Shown here: positions 17,776 to 28,974 of the stretch, in pieces
Layout of the letters: each line of letters starts with the position of its first letter
How positions within the stretch are numbered: position 1 is the first letter of the stretch
Source of the DNA: Fermentimonas sp.
Lineage (GTDB): Bacteria > Bacteroidota > Bacteroidia > Bacteroidales > Dysgonomonadaceae
DNA length: 64,000 nt
Direction: 5' to 3'
Assembly (NCBI GenBank): GCA_033808735.1
Contig: JAPXNA010000009.1
Span: forward strand, 13,054 to 77,053
The notes under the pieces: model-generated
Seen by the model: the letters and a program-made list of their open reading frames with translations, nothing else
Databases searched by the model: none
Told to the model about the DNA's origin: nothing
Position numbers and translations under genes: made by a program

Positions 17776-20700
17776 TTATTTTGAGCTGTCAAAACTATAA
17801 TAAAACGGATTGTTCACCTTTACCGATTTATCGGGATAGCCCAAAATATTTTGAATTTCTTTCGGCCAATTTCCGGCGGTAAGTGGGATAACGACGAACG
17901 TTCCTTTAATCTGCTCCACCTCGTTTGCCTTGTGAAGCACCGTTGGCATAATCTTTTTATTACCCACGCCGGAAACCATCGAGTTGTAACTTACCACCAT
18001 TTGCCCGTTCTTCACTTCTACTGCAATATTGGCGCTATCGCACAGTATGGCGATTCCGTTCCCGTCATCGTCGGTGAAGGCAGCCATTTCTACATTACGC
18101 CTATTCCCGTTAAAGTGTAAATCTCCTTTTTTCATCTGGTAAATCCCAAAGTCACTCAGGGCATGCTTGTCAGGGTGGGATGGGTATGGACCGTCTCCCA
18201 ACCAGCGAAAATTAGTTATTCCCGGATCAAGCATCAAAGATACGCCCGCGTTAAGAAAGAAACCGCTCACGTTTACAGGGTGCAAGTCAAAATTGACGAC
18301 CAGCTCGCCTTTTTGATTGATGGTGTACTCAATATCACCTTCAATCTGCTCCCCATCGTACAATTCTCCCACCCGCGGGAAAACAGCCTGAGTGATACAG
18401 CGATACCCGTCAATATCCCGTTGAATGGTTTTACTTTGCGTTTTCGACGCGTAGAGCAAGAAGGGATCCCAAAAGTAGTTTTTTTCATCGGCATAGTACC
18501 TGTCTCTCGAAACAACATCCGCCATGATCGGTTCACGTCCCACCCGCGCCAAAACACCTTGGGTGATAACGGGTATTTTATTCCCTTTAACCAGCAAAGA
18601 GAGGGTAATGGACTCATTTTTCATTTCATAGAGGCAGTTCTTCCCACTTATCGAGACCGATGAGTCGGTGTTGTTTTTGATTTTGAGCCTACTTTCATGT
18701 ATCCTTTGGCGCAAAGCGTACTTTATCCCTTGATATCTTTGTTCAGAAACAAGGTTTACGGTATGTTCGCAAATATCGAACTGATTTTTATCGGAAAAGG
18801 AAAACTTCAATAACCAAACATCATCCGCTACTTCCCGGGGCAGGGTCACGGGCAGTAGCAGGGTTGTCGTATCATGCGGTGCGCAATCGATCGTCAGGTC
18901 TCCTTGCTGATATAATTCCCGGTTCCTGAACAACTCCCATTTCCCCTGCAGGGCATTTAAATTGGTGAAGTCAAACTGATTATATACAACGAGTTTAAGC
19001 CTTTGTTCCCCTGGATAGAGCGGTAACTCCTTCGTGACTATTTGAACTGGGGAATACACCTTCCTTAATTGCCAATAATCTGTCTGAGGCGTACGATCTG
19101 AGTACACTATACCGTCTGTTCCCTCTAGCGTTGATTTATAATAGGTAACCGAGTCTATCCAAACATCGTATGTCAACTTCGTGGTATCAACTTCACTTTC
19201 AGACTTGTGTGTTATCCCCTGATCTTGAAAATGCCATACTGCACCGCCGGCTATATGCTTGTCTTTAAATATCTCTTTCCATATTTCTTCCTGATTGCCA
19301 AATGACAATCCAAGTGCGTGGGCATATTCCGTGAAAATTACCGGGCGTTTTGCCTCTCCTTTGTAATCCCTTACCCATTGCGCACTCGGGTAATGTGGCG
19401 AATAGATATCAGCGAAATCCGGAATGGTTGACAGATCACCTGTTCCCGCGTAACTGATCGGTCGGGTCGGGTCCAGTTCCTTTACAAACTTGCCCGCGTG
19501 GACGGTATGGCGAACGATATCGTTTTCATTTCCTATGGTCCACATGATAACGCACGGGTGGTTTTTGTCCCGTAAGACGGTTGCTTTTGCCCTTTTCAGC
19601 ATAACCTCCCTAAACGTTGGATCCCACATGTGCTCGCTACCAAAAGCGTACGGCATTTCGTCGCTCACGTAAAAGCCAAGGCTATCACAAAGCTCAAGCT
19701 TCCTCCTTTCCGGGGGATTGTGGCTAGTCCTGATGAAGTTGATATTCGCTTTTTTCATCAATAACAGGTCAGTTATCAACTGCTCCTCGGTCATGTACTT
19801 TCCCGTTTCGGGTGAGAGGTCGTGGTAATTAACACCCTTTAGCTTCAGGGGTTTATTATTGAGCATCAACACCTCATCCACAATGGCTATTTCCCTGATC
19901 CCCACTTTCTGGTTTACCTCCTGAGACAGGATACCATCCTTCAGCAATTGAAGCTTCAAATGATAAAGAACTGGTTCCTCAGCGTTCCAAAGTCGTGGAT
20001 TTTTTACCGTCAATTCCCGTGAGGAAGGGTTCGCCTGTATTTTCGTTAAATCCTCTCCCACCAATCCTCCATCGGGAGCATACAATAACATCCTCAACGC
20101 CAGGTCCTCCACCAAAACATTGCTGTTGTTTTTTATCTCCGTCACCACCCTCACCGTTGCCGACTCATCTCCATTCAGGCTGGTGGTTACCGTGTAATCA
20201 TCTATGTATGTGTTGGGTAAACTAAAAATGGAGACGTCGCGAAAGATACCCGCGAGCGCCCAGTTGTCGCACCTGTCAAACTCAAAACCCTTGCTGCGCG
20301 TGGTAACCCTCACCGCCATGCGGTTTTTCCCGTTTTTCACCAGGTCGGTAATATTGAAACTTGCCGCGTGGTACGAACTTTCCCAGTTACCGGCCCATCG
20401 GCCATTTACATACAGGTCATAGCCATACAACACCCCTTCGAGTTTTATAAAAACCTGCCTCCCCATGTATGAATCGGGTATCTCAAAGCAGGTAACATAG
20501 AGACCTAAAGCCTCTTCAGGGAGCCCGTAAATTGGTTCGGCAAAGCCCTGCAGATCCCAGTGACCCGGGACCTTGATATCACTCCAACTGGATGTATCAA
20601 AGTGATCTTGGAAGAATAACGAGTCGCTTCCCGCGTACAACCCGGGGATATACTTGAACTTCCACGATCCGTTGAGCAAGATCTCCTGATTATCGGCATA

Positions 20701-20784
20701 CAACGGGGTAATCGTCTGCATCTGCGCAAAGAGGTGGCAACTCGTGAAAAGCAACATCACGATCAGGCTTCTCTTAAGAGACAT
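17776..20784 (-). CDS. GH2 beta-galactosidase-like (LacZ-type, with C-terminal small-chain domain)
   Basis: NHPCVIMWTIGNEND (acid/base NE) and VIFTEYAHALG (nucleophile). C-terminal GDGPYPSHPDKHA small-chain-like motif. The track ORF starts at a GTG at 20844. The signal-peptide-compatible ATG (MSLKRSLIVMLLF...) is at 20784. Confidence 0.88.
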   Translation of the reverse strand: MSLKRSLIVMLLFTSCHLFAQMQTITPLYADNQEILLNGSWKFKYIPGLYAGSDSLFFQDHFDTSSWSDIKVPGHWDLQGFAEPIYGLPEEALGLYVTCFEIPDSYMGRQVFIKLEGVLYGYDLYVNGRWAGNWESSYHAASFNITDLVKNGKNRMAVRVTTRSKGFEFDRCDNWALAGIFRDVSIFSLPNTYIDDYTVTTSLNGDESATVRVVTEIKNNSNVLVEDLALRMLLYAPDGGLVGEDLTKIQANPSSRELTVKNPRLWNAEEPVLYHLKLQLLKDGILSQEVNQKVGIREIAIVDEVLMLNNKPLKLKGVNYHDLSPETGKYMTEEQLITDLLLMKKANINFIRTSHNPPERRKLELCDSLGFYVSDEMPYAFGSEHMWDPTFREVMLKRAKATVLRDKNHPCVIMWTIGNENDIVRHTVHAGKFVKELDPTRPISYAGTGDLSTIPDFADIYSPHYPSAQWVRDYKGEAKRPVIFTEYAHALGLSFGNQEEIWKEIFKDKHIAGGAVWHFQDQGITHKSESEVDTTKLTYDVWIDSVTYYKSTLEGTDGIVYSDRTPQTDYWQLRKVYSPVQIVTKELPLYPGEQRLKLVVYNQFDFTNLNALQGKWELFRNRELYQQGDLTIDCAPHDTTTLLLPVTLPREVADDVWLLKFSFSDKNQFDICEHTVNLVSEQRYQGIKYALRQRIHESRLKIKNNTDSSVSISGKNCLYEMKNESITLSLLVKGNKIPVITQGVLARVGREPIMADVVSRDRYYADEKNYFWDPFLLYASKTQSKTIQRDIDGYRCITQAVFPRVGELYDGEQIEGDIEYTINQKGELVVNFDLHPVNVSGFFLNAGVSLMLDPGITNFRWLGDGPYPSHPDKHALSDFGIYQMKKGDLHFNGNRRNVEMAAFTDDDGNGIAILCDSANIAVEVKNGQMVVSYNSMVSGVGNKKIMPTVLHKANEVEQIKGTFVVIPLTAGNWPKEIQNILGYPDKSVKVNNPFYYSFDSSK

Positions 20785-20856
20785 CAACTGCTGTATATGA
20801 TCCATTAAATGACGTTTCACATTCTTACACTCCATGGCGATCACCTAGTACCCCTG

Positions 20857-21624
20857 CTAATTCAACAACTCCTTCAAACAGGAGACACAGTTGGTTTCGA
20901 TTCCATCCAAACCGAGTCCCAACAATCTTTTCGCATCGCGAGGGTCATCCACCGTCCAGGCGTTTATGCTCATGGATAGGCTATGTACGTAGTCAACTAT
21001 TTCTTGATTGATCAGCGAGTGTCTCATATCGATGGCATCAATACCCTTCAGCGCGGCCTTTTTAATGTTTTCTTTCAAGCCCTCTTCATCGCCAATCAGG
21101 TAGTGACAGCTATGGTCTGGGAACATCTCTTTCGCGGTGACTATCACATCGTAATCAAAGCAGATTATTGCCAGGTTACCTTTCGTGGTACTTTCATTGA
21201 TGGCCTTTTGAAGGTAAGGGAGTCCCTCCAGACCACATTTCAGTTCTATGTATAATGTTTTCGCGGGGGGTACCATCTCGATGATCTCTTCAAGGAAAGG
21301 GATTCTCTCATTTTTGTATTGCTCACCCTTGAAGGATCCAACATCCAACATCCTCAATATATCAGACACGGTATCTTCAACACGGTAGTCTTCTCCCGAG
21401 GTTCGCTTTGTATTGGAGTCATGAATAACCATCAACCGGTTATCCTTTGACAGGTGTACATCGATTTCCACGGCATCAGCCCCCTGTTCCCAGGCAAGCT
21501 TTACCGACGCTTTAGTATTCTCGGGGGCGTGGAGCGAAGATCCCCTGTGTGAACTAAACTCCACCTGGGCGCATACTCCTTGGCTTAAGCCAATCACAAA
21601 CATCGCGAGTAAAACTTTTTTCAT
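20857..21624 (-). CDS. Glycerophosphodiester phosphodiesterase (GDPD family), secreted
   Basis: 255 aa with a signal peptide. HRGSSLHAPENT and EIDVHLSKDNRLMVIHD catalytic motifs. The start codon lies inside a leader-repeat copy. Confidence 0.9.
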   Translation of the reverse strand: MKKVLLAMFVIGLSQGVCAQVEFSSHRGSSLHAPENTKASVKLAWEQGADAVEIDVHLSKDNRLMVIHDSNTKRTSGEDYRVEDTVSDILRMLDVGSFKGEQYKNERIPFLEEIIEMVPPAKTLYIELKCGLEGLPYLQKAINESTTKGNLAIICFDYDVIVTAKEMFPDHSCHYLIGDEEGLKENIKKAALKGIDAIDMRHSLINQEIVDYVHSLSMSINAWTVDDPRDAKRLLGLGLDGIETNCVSCLKELLN

Positions 21625-21674
21625 ACGATTATTTTATCTTTTTTGATTCGGTGTATGAAACCTGTCGGTTTCAT
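21622..21674 (-). repeat. Leader-repeat A element plus remnant of the hairpin module, containing the GDPD start codon
   Basis: catacgattattttatcttttttgattcggtgtatgaaacctgtcggtttcat. Confidence 0.85.
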
Positions 21675-21779
21675 CTATCCGTTTTTATTATAGTTAGCAA
21701 AAAAATCAACACTTTCCCTATATGGTTTATCACCCACACGGCAACTACATGGTAAAAGGCTGCGGGGGCTTTACTAGCC

Positions 21780-22661
21780 TCAGGGCTTGATGAACTTGCT
21801 GAAAAACTTCCACAACTCCTCATCGGTATCCATATCATCCCAGCCCCAGGTATGACCACCTCCTACAATCTCGTACAACCACACCTCACTGTCGTCTATA
21901 CCCCCGGTAAAGCGATGTCTATATATCTTCCGGTAGTTAGGGGCTTTCCCGGTCAACGTATCTGTTTGCATAACGGTGGCACGGTTCTTTGCCGCGCAAA
22001 AGTGTACGGCGAGAGGTACGGGAAGATGCTCTCCCCAGCCACCTTTATTTTCAGGATCACCCAGCCATACTGAAGTCTTGTCCTCCGTACCGTGAATTTC
22101 AATAAGGGAGACGGGGACGGTCGAGTTGTCTGACTTGTAAAGCCAGTTTAACATCAAACCAGCTACAGGAGCCACCGCGGCAAAAAGATCGGGACGCTGG
22201 GCTGCCAGCTGATAGCACATCTCACCGCCATTCGACATACCCACGCAAAACACGTTATGGCGGCTAAAACCATGCTTGTCCTGCAAGTGACGCACCAGCC
22301 GCGTCAGGAACTCCACGTCATCAATCGTCATATCATGTTGGAAAGGATAGCCTACATTCCAGCACCTTTTACCCCGCCCATCTTTTTCACCCACCGGATA
22401 ACAGGCGGCAAACCGATGACGATCCGCGGTTTTATTCAAGATCCCGGGATCAGGACCACCGTAGCCGTGTAACACCACCACTAACGGCGCGTTCTCCGGT
22501 AACCCTTCCGGGATGTGTAACCTGTAAACACGTGTTAGCCCCTCACACTCCATGGTGTATTCGGGCGTATTATCGGCACGGGAACTACCAACACCAATGG
22601 CAAATGCCATTAAAATTACAAGCAAACTTCTTGTCACCGCGAATTTCGAGAAAGAATTCAT
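21780..22661 (-). CDS. Secreted esterase, PHB-depolymerase/LpqC-like alpha/beta hydrolase
   Basis: 293 aa with a signal peptide. VVLHGYGG and nucleophile elbow GMSNGGEM. Confidence 0.7.
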   Translation of the reverse strand: MNSFSKFAVTRSLLVILMAFAIGVGSSRADNTPEYTMECEGLTRVYRLHIPEGLPENAPLVVVLHGYGGPDPGILNKTADRHRFAACYPVGEKDGRGKRCWNVGYPFQHDMTIDDVEFLTRLVRHLQDKHGFSRHNVFCVGMSNGGEMCYQLAAQRPDLFAAVAPVAGLMLNWLYKSDNSTVPVSLIEIHGTEDKTSVWLGDPENKGGWGEHLPVPLAVHFCAAKNRATVMQTDTLTGKAPNYRKIYRHRFTGGIDDSEVWLYEIVGGGHTWGWDDMDTDEELWKFFSKFIKP

Positions 22662-22679
22662 GATAGATGGATTAAAATA

Positions 22680-23804
22680 TTACACCCTTAAAAATATCTT
22701 TTTCTTGTACATGTAGTAGAGCAACAGCCACACCAACAACACCCGCAGCGTGGTGTGAATTACCGGCTCAATGCTACCTAAGAGAACGGTCCACCCGAAA
22801 AAATTGGAGCAGGTTTTGCCCACGTCAACAAAACCGTACAAAAGGTAGATAAAGATGGAGTTCAACCCGATAACCCGGAAAAAGAAAGCCCACTTCTTCC
22901 ACCCCTTCACATCTATCAGCCAATAGAAAAGGGCCATCAACAGGAAGCTAATCCCACCTGCCAGCAAGTTAAACGTCGTGGTCCAGCACTTTTTAATAAC
23001 AGGATAAAACATGCTCAACAATAAAGCCAGCACCAGGGAGGCTGCCCCAATGGCTAGAAGCTTGACTACCTTCTTCGTTTCCGTCGTTTTACGATTCCGT
23101 AAAATATTTCCCGCCACCGTTCCCATCAACGTGATACCTGTCGCTGAGACAACGCACAGCAACCCTTCCGGGTCATAAAGCCCACCGTGCAGTTTCCCGG
23201 GTAAGAACAAGCGGTCAATATATCCATTGATACAACCTTCGGGGGTTAGTACCCCGGCACCAAACCCCGGCACAGGCACCAATAGCTGAATAAGGCTGTA
23301 TCCTATCAATATCCCTGCCAGCCAATACAACCGTTGCCTGAACGACTTGGTGTAAAGCACAATCAGCGAAGCGAACAGGTATGCCAAACCTATCTGTCCA
23401 AGGACAGAGGCAAACCGGGGATCCTCGAATCCATTTCGAAACACCCCGTTATAAAACATTCCCAGTACAACCAGGATAATCGCCCGCTTGAATACTTTTT
23501 TTGTCAGCGAAGACCTAGGAACTCCCTGCTCCCGTTTAGCAATCAGGGCAAAAGGGATAGCTACACCACTGATAAACATGAAGAGGGGAAAAATCAAGTC
23601 TTCGAAACGAAAACCTACCCATTCGGCATGGTAGAACTGCCCATTTAGGGCATGTAGCCAGGCGGCACCTGACCAGGTTGCCAACGCGCTGACGATAGTT
23701 CCCCCACCCGTGATCCAAAACATATCGAATCCGCGCAACGCATCCAGAGATAGCAACCGTTCCGTTTTAACCCCGGATTTTTTAGTTTCTTTTTGTGACC
23801 TCAT
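22680..23804 (-). CDS. Polytopic membrane protein, DUF5009 / heparan-alpha-glucosaminide N-acetyltransferase-like acyltransferase
   Basis: N-terminal RLLSLDALRGFDMFWI motif and about 10 hydrophobic segments. The track ORF starts at a TTG at 23930; the first ATG (MRSQKETKK...) is at 23804. Confidence 0.7.
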   Translation of the reverse strand: MRSQKETKKSGVKTERLLSLDALRGFDMFWITGGGTIVSALATWSGAAWLHALNGQFYHAEWVGFRFEDLIFPLFMFISGVAIPFALIAKREQGVPRSSLTKKVFKRAIILVVLGMFYNGVFRNGFEDPRFASVLGQIGLAYLFASLIVLYTKSFRQRLYWLAGILIGYSLIQLLVPVPGFGAGVLTPEGCINGYIDRLFLPGKLHGGLYDPEGLLCVVSATGITLMGTVAGNILRNRKTTETKKVVKLLAIGAASLVLALLLSMFYPVIKKCWTTTFNLLAGGISFLLMALFYWLIDVKGWKKWAFFFRVIGLNSIFIYLLYGFVDVGKTCSNFFGWTVLLGSIEPVIHTTLRVLLVWLLLYYMYKKKIFLRV

Positions 23805-24095
23805 AAAATCCAATTTCTGTTGTTTTATTACTAACCGGATTTCCATAAAAATCAGTGATTTTTGCTCCCACTTTAACGACAACCGCTCTGTCGATACAAG
23901 GTGAACCTCCCTCAGTTTATATCCATCCAAAGAGTTTTATCCATATCACCCGCTTCCGGGTGAAACAAAGTCATAATAATAGGTGACATCTATGGTCACG
24001 CGCAATCACAACCACCCATCAAATGATAAACAGGGGTGCGATCTTTTCATGTATCGCCCCCTGTCTATCCTATCTATCGCCAATCCTATTTGTTG

Positions 24096-25700
24096 CTATA
24101 GGTTGGCATTGTTGTCTTTCAAATTCGGATTCAACATCACTTCTTTACTGGGAATGGAAAGGAAGTAGTCTTGTTTGGTATAGGGTCTGCGAAGTTGGTA
24201 TTTTTCTTCGGGTTCTTCCCTCCATACGGTCGTGGCCTTCTCTACAAGTTCCAAACGCTGTAGATCGAACCACCTGGCCGAGTATTCGAAACCGGCAAAT
24301 TCCCAGGCTCTTTCCCATACAACGGCATCAATAAAAGCTTCCCTGCTTAAGCCGCTTACAGATGCTTCCGTGGTGCCCAACCCTTTGTATGCACGGTTTC
24401 GCACATCGTTCAGGCATTTGTACGCCAACGCGTCCGGGCCGTCTGTACGTGCTTTGGCTTCGGCATATATGAGCAACACATCGGCGTAACGCATGATAAT
24501 AATAGGACGTCCACTAAACCAGGCCGCGCTCCAATTCATTCGGTTCAACCAGTTGCTATCCGGGTCGTCCCTGTTTTCCCATTCCCAACCCGGGGTAAAG
24601 TTATCGGCCCATAACTTCCTGTACGCGGGATGTTTGGCTTTCAAGTCGGTATAGTGATAATAGGTGCCGTTGGAGTGGTAAAAATCGGTGACAAACGTGA
24701 AATCTTTCCGTTCGCCTTCGGGGAAACGGTTAAAGAATCCCAACTCGGCGATCATCGATTCCCAGCCGCCAAACTCGATAGGCCTACATGGATTAGGTGC
24801 CCTAACCGTGTAATCATCAGGTGTATGATCAATCCAGAAGATCGGCTCATCCAACGTCCTCTCCCCGGCTTCCCAATAGGGATCAAAAACTTCCCAGAAA
24901 TGATCACGCAAAGCGTAACCGAACTCCGCTGAACGGTCGATCACCTCTTTGGCTTTATCCCTGGCCAAGCCGTAATACTCTGTTCCGCCATTTATAGGGT
25001 AACCGGCCATTTGCAGGTACACCAGGGACAACATTGATTTTGCTGCCCCCTTGGTGGGAGCCCCGTTACTCATAAATCCGTCCCATTTATTCGGCAACCA
25101 CTGTTCCGCGAATTTAAGATCGGAAACGATCAGTTCATATACCTGCTTACTTGAAGATAGCGTGACTTCCCTCTTTGAATCGGGATCATAAGCGGTTGTA
25201 ATCAAAGGGATATTGTTAAAGAACCTAACCATCCAAAAATACATGAAGCCGCGGATGAAATGTGCCTGAGCGGCCAAGGCATTCAGCCTAGCCTCCGGTA
25301 CCACACCCTCGGCGTTCTTATAGTTGTTGATAATCGTATTGGCCTGATTGATCGTGTTGTACGCACGTTCATATCCCCGCTGCACATCGGTATCCCCACC
25401 GGCAGTGATAGGCATATTCACCTCCATTTCATGGTAGTAAATACGTTGATTGCCTGTTCCGATAATATCGTCAGAGGAGGCAAACTTGATCTCCATACTT
25501 TCATACGGGCGATTGATCGCCCTATCGAAAATACCAAACAACCCGTTAATCAGCAGTTGTATTTCAGGCTCGTTATTGCACAAGTTGTCAGCGAACAACT
25601 GCCCTTTGGGATCTTCTGCCAGGAATTTGTCATTCGATTCACACGATAAAAATGAAACAATGACAGACAGTATCAAAATTAAATGGATATATTTTCTCAT
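24096..25700 (-). CDS. susD: SusD/RagB-family outer-membrane nutrient-binding lipoprotein (module i)
   Basis: 534 aa. Lipobox ...VSFLSCESN. SusD-typical FIRGFMYFWMVRFFNNIPL and C-terminal WFDLQRL...YFLSIPSKEV. Confidence 0.9.
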   Translation of the reverse strand: MRKYIHLILILSVIVSFLSCESNDKFLAEDPKGQLFADNLCNNEPEIQLLINGLFGIFDRAINRPYESMEIKFASSDDIIGTGNQRIYYHEMEVNMPITAGGDTDVQRGYERAYNTINQANTIINNYKNAEGVVPEARLNALAAQAHFIRGFMYFWMVRFFNNIPLITTAYDPDSKREVTLSSSKQVYELIVSDLKFAEQWLPNKWDGFMSNGAPTKGAAKSMLSLVYLQMAGYPINGGTEYYGLARDKAKEVIDRSAEFGYALRDHFWEVFDPYWEAGERTLDEPIFWIDHTPDDYTVRAPNPCRPIEFGGWESMIAELGFFNRFPEGERKDFTFVTDFYHSNGTYYHYTDLKAKHPAYRKLWADNFTPGWEWENRDDPDSNWLNRMNWSAAWFSGRPIIIMRYADVLLIYAEAKARTDGPDALAYKCLNDVRNRAYKGLGTTEASVSGLSREAFIDAVVWERAWEFAGFEYSARWFDLQRLELVEKATTVWREEPEEKYQLRRPYTKQDYFLSIPSKEVMLNPNLKDNNANL

Positions 25701-25727
25701 AATGACATACTTTTTTAAAATGAACGG

Positions 25728-28700
25728 TTAATATTCAATGGCTAACCCAAAGGATATGCTCCTGCAGTTCGGGTAAGCAAACCAGTCCATTCCCGAGTGC
25801 ATATCATCATTGGTAGAACTCATTTCCGGATCATAGCCTTTGTACTTGGTAAATACCAGCAAGTTTTGGGCACTGAGCGAAAGCCGCAAAGAGGCGAAAG
25901 AGACAACGCTCTTCGGAATACGATAGCTTACGCTAAGGTTGCGCAGCTTCACGTAACTACCATCCTCCACGTACTGCGAAGACAAGGGGATCAGGTGGCT
26001 ATTCCCGATTCTGGCAAACTTCGCGTTCGGGTTGCTGGGTGTCCACCTATCTTTTGAATCTTTGTGGGTATACAGTTGTGTGAAGTCAATACGCTCGGTG
26101 GCCACCAAGTAGGCCCAGTTCATGATATCACGTCCCTGCACTCCTTCAAACAAAATGTTAAAGTCGAAGTTCTTGTAGGAGAGGTGGTTATTAAAGCCCC
26201 AGGTGAAAGGCGCATTCGTGTTACCTATAACCTGCTGATCATCCGCATCATAAGCGTTGTTCCCATTCAAGTCTTCATAACGGTAATCCCCCGGTTGCGC
26301 GCCAAACTTAGCCGCTTCAGTTGCTTGATTCTCCTGCCAGATACCCAGGTACTTCATACCGTAAATGGTTCCAATAGGATGTCCCGGCATTAACACGAAC
26401 GGGCTGGTCGAGGCAAGACCGGGAGCATAAGTCGATCCGTGAAGCCTTGCTTCTGCCCCCAGATCGAGTACCTTGTTCCTGTTAAACGCACCGTTCAGGT
26501 TGATGTCGTATGACCAATCTTTGGTATTTACAATGTAGTAGTTCACGTTAAATTCAAATCCCTCGTTTCTAACCGATCCGACGTTTGAAGTCACGCTGGT
26601 CCTACCATATTCCGGGTCACCCCCGGCGTAAGCAGGCACCGCTAAGGGAGCCAGCAGGTCAACCGTTTTCTTGTTGTAGTAATCCAACGATATCGAGAGG
26701 CGGTTGTCAATCAGGGTAAAGTCGGCACCCACGTTCGATTGCTGGGTCGACTCCCATTTCAAGTTGGGGTTACCGCCAATTCGGGATATGTAGCCCGATT
26801 GAACCGATGATCCTCCCCAGTAGAATCCCATACCTCTCAGGGAAGAGTAGGTAGCATACTGACTAACAGCCTGGCTACCGGTAACACCGTATCCACCGCG
26901 AATCCGGATATTCTGGAACAGATCCTGCTCTTTCATAAATGGCTCTTCAGAGAGTCTCCATGCCAGGGAGAACGAGGGGAAATAGCCCCAACGGTTGTCT
27001 CCCCTGAATTTGGATGAGCCGTCTGCACGATAGTTTACCGTTACGTAATAACGGGAAGCGTAGTTGTAATTCAGACGACCGAAATAGGAGCGCAGGGCAT
27101 TGTCACCCCAGCCAGACCCTACACTTATGTAAGGCGCGGCCAATCCAAGGTTATGCCATCCTACGGATTCAATAGGCAGTCGTTCAGCTGACGCGGAAAA
27201 ATTCTGCCCCTCATATTTGCTTTGCTCGAAACCCACCATCGCTGAAAAATCATGCACGGTCGCGAAAGTTTTATTATAGGTCAGGAACGCGTTCGTCAGC
27301 CAGTTTTTGTTGTCGAACGATGATTGACTGGCCTGTGGGTGAACCCTGTTGTACTCGAGCGATTCAAATCGACGGGTTCCCCCGTTTGATAACCCGATCA
27401 TCGCTTTGGCATTCAACGTGAGCCCTTCCATAATCTTGTATTGAAGATTCCCAACCCCAGATGCCGCGTTGGTATAGTTTCTCCGGATCCTTTCGGTCAT
27501 TAGCACCGGGTTCATCAAGGTACCCGATCCCACGCCCAAAGCTTTATACTGTCCATTTTCATCGTAAACCGACTCGGTGGGCGACCAAAGAACGGCTGCC
27601 ATTAACGGTATGGCAGTTTTGCCCCCCCCTGCGAGAGGTCTGGGTTAAGGTTATCGCCATGGCTTGCACTCGCCTCGATCTGAACGGTAATTCGGTCGCT
27701 CAAATCCATATCGACTTTCGCTTTCAGGCCATAACCGCTTGCTTCGGTATTTTTTATGGTACCGGTGTTTTTATTATAACTGGGGGTTATGTGATAGCGC
27801 ACATCCTTGCTGCCCCCGGATAAGATCACGCGGTAACTTTGCGAAAGACCAGTCTGTAAGACCTCATTCTGCCAATCGGTACCGCCCCCATCTTTAAAGC
27901 TTGCCACCTCTGCATCCGTAAACGGGTATGCTCCCACGCTTTGGTTGAATTGGGCAAACTCATACGCTCCCATCAAATCATACCGTTGCGTTACCTCGTT
28001 AATGGAGAGGTCGGAATAGAACTCGAGCGTTGGCTTCTTTTGAGTCCCCCGCTTGGTTGTTACCAGGATAACCCCGTTCGCACCGCGAGAACCGTAAATC
28101 GCGGTGGCGGAGGCATCCTTCAATATATCAATGGTCTCAATCTCGTACATGTTAGGGAGACCCCCGTAGTTACCGTCCACCACGATCAAGGGATCGTTGG
28201 AGCCCATTAGCGAGTTGGCACCCCTCACGCGAATGATGGGTGCTGCACCCGGTGCCGCGTTACTTTTCCGGATGGTTACACCGGGAGCCTTCCCGGCAAG
28301 GATGGAGTTGGACGAGCTGGCGGCCATATCAATGAAATCCCTCGACGACACGGACGCCACAGCCCCGGTTAAATCGCTCCGCTTCATAGTACCGTAACCA
28401 ACGGCTACCACCTCTTGCAAAGCGATGGAACTTTCAGACATCACCACGTCTACAACCGTTTTACCGGCAACCGAAATTTCCTGTGTCTCCAGTCCCACGA
28501 ACGAGAAGACAAGAACCGCATTCTCCTGGATGTTCGTCAACTGGTACTCACCGTCAATGTCAGTTGTTGTCCCTAACGTGGTACCTTTCACCACAATCGT
28601 CACGCCGGGAATCGTCTCCCCGGTTGCATCGGTCACCCTACCCGAGACCGATTTGGTTTGTTGAATTTCGGTAATCGCGTAGTTCTCATCAACAGCGCGT

Positions 28701-28903
28701 TTACCATCATCTGCCCTTGCAGCCAACGCTTGACCCATGGTCAATAACGTCATCACAAACAGCAAAGTAAGGCTTTTTGTGATTGCTGAATTACACGGTT
28801 TTTTTAACCGGCAATTCTCTTTTAATTGTTCATTTTTCATTCGTTTTTTCATTTTAAAATATAAAACAAACCGAAAAGGATGTTGAAAACAACATCGAAA
28901 CAT
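25728..28903 (-). pseudogene. susC: SusC-type TonB-dependent transporter split by a frameshift at a G8 run (ORFs 27602..28903 and 25728..27602)
   Basis: The N-terminal ORF carries the carboxypeptidase-regulatory-like domain and plug (VVAVGYGTMKRSDLTGAVASV, ILKDASATAIYGSRGANGVILVTTKRG). The C-terminal ORF carries the barrel and ends ...SISFGLAIEY. The two frames meet at C8 (27622-27629). Reading with 9 G gives a continuous ...DLSQGGGKTAIPLMAAVLWSPTE..., which matches the paralog ...KGPLFSALQWSP.... Confidence 0.85.
27622..27629 (-). repeat. Homopolymeric G8 (C8 on the + strand) tract at the SusC frameshift site
   Basis: Counted directly: g-cccccccc-t at 27621-27630. Confidence 0.95.
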
Positions 28904-28937
28904 TGTTTTCTCGCGATTAACTTAATCGTTAAAGTTG

Positions 28938-28945
28938 CAAACATA
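28938..28945 (-). promoter_or_regulatory. Candidate -7 box TATGTTTG, with TTTG 19 nt upstream, for SusC(i)
   Basis: The gene strand reads tttttttttgctttgatgaataaaaggagTATGTTTGcaac, about 35 nt upstream of the first ATG at 28903. Confidence 0.5.
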
Positions 28946-28974
28946 CTCCTTTTATTCATCAAAGCAAAAAAAAA

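Noticed and set aside
27600-27604. The TAATG overlap between the two SusC ORFs as deliberate translational coupling of two separate proteins
   Set aside because: The break falls in the middle of a single conserved TonB-dependent transporter fold, between the plug and the first barrel strands, and a 1-nt change in the G run restores homology. A frameshift is far more parsimonious.
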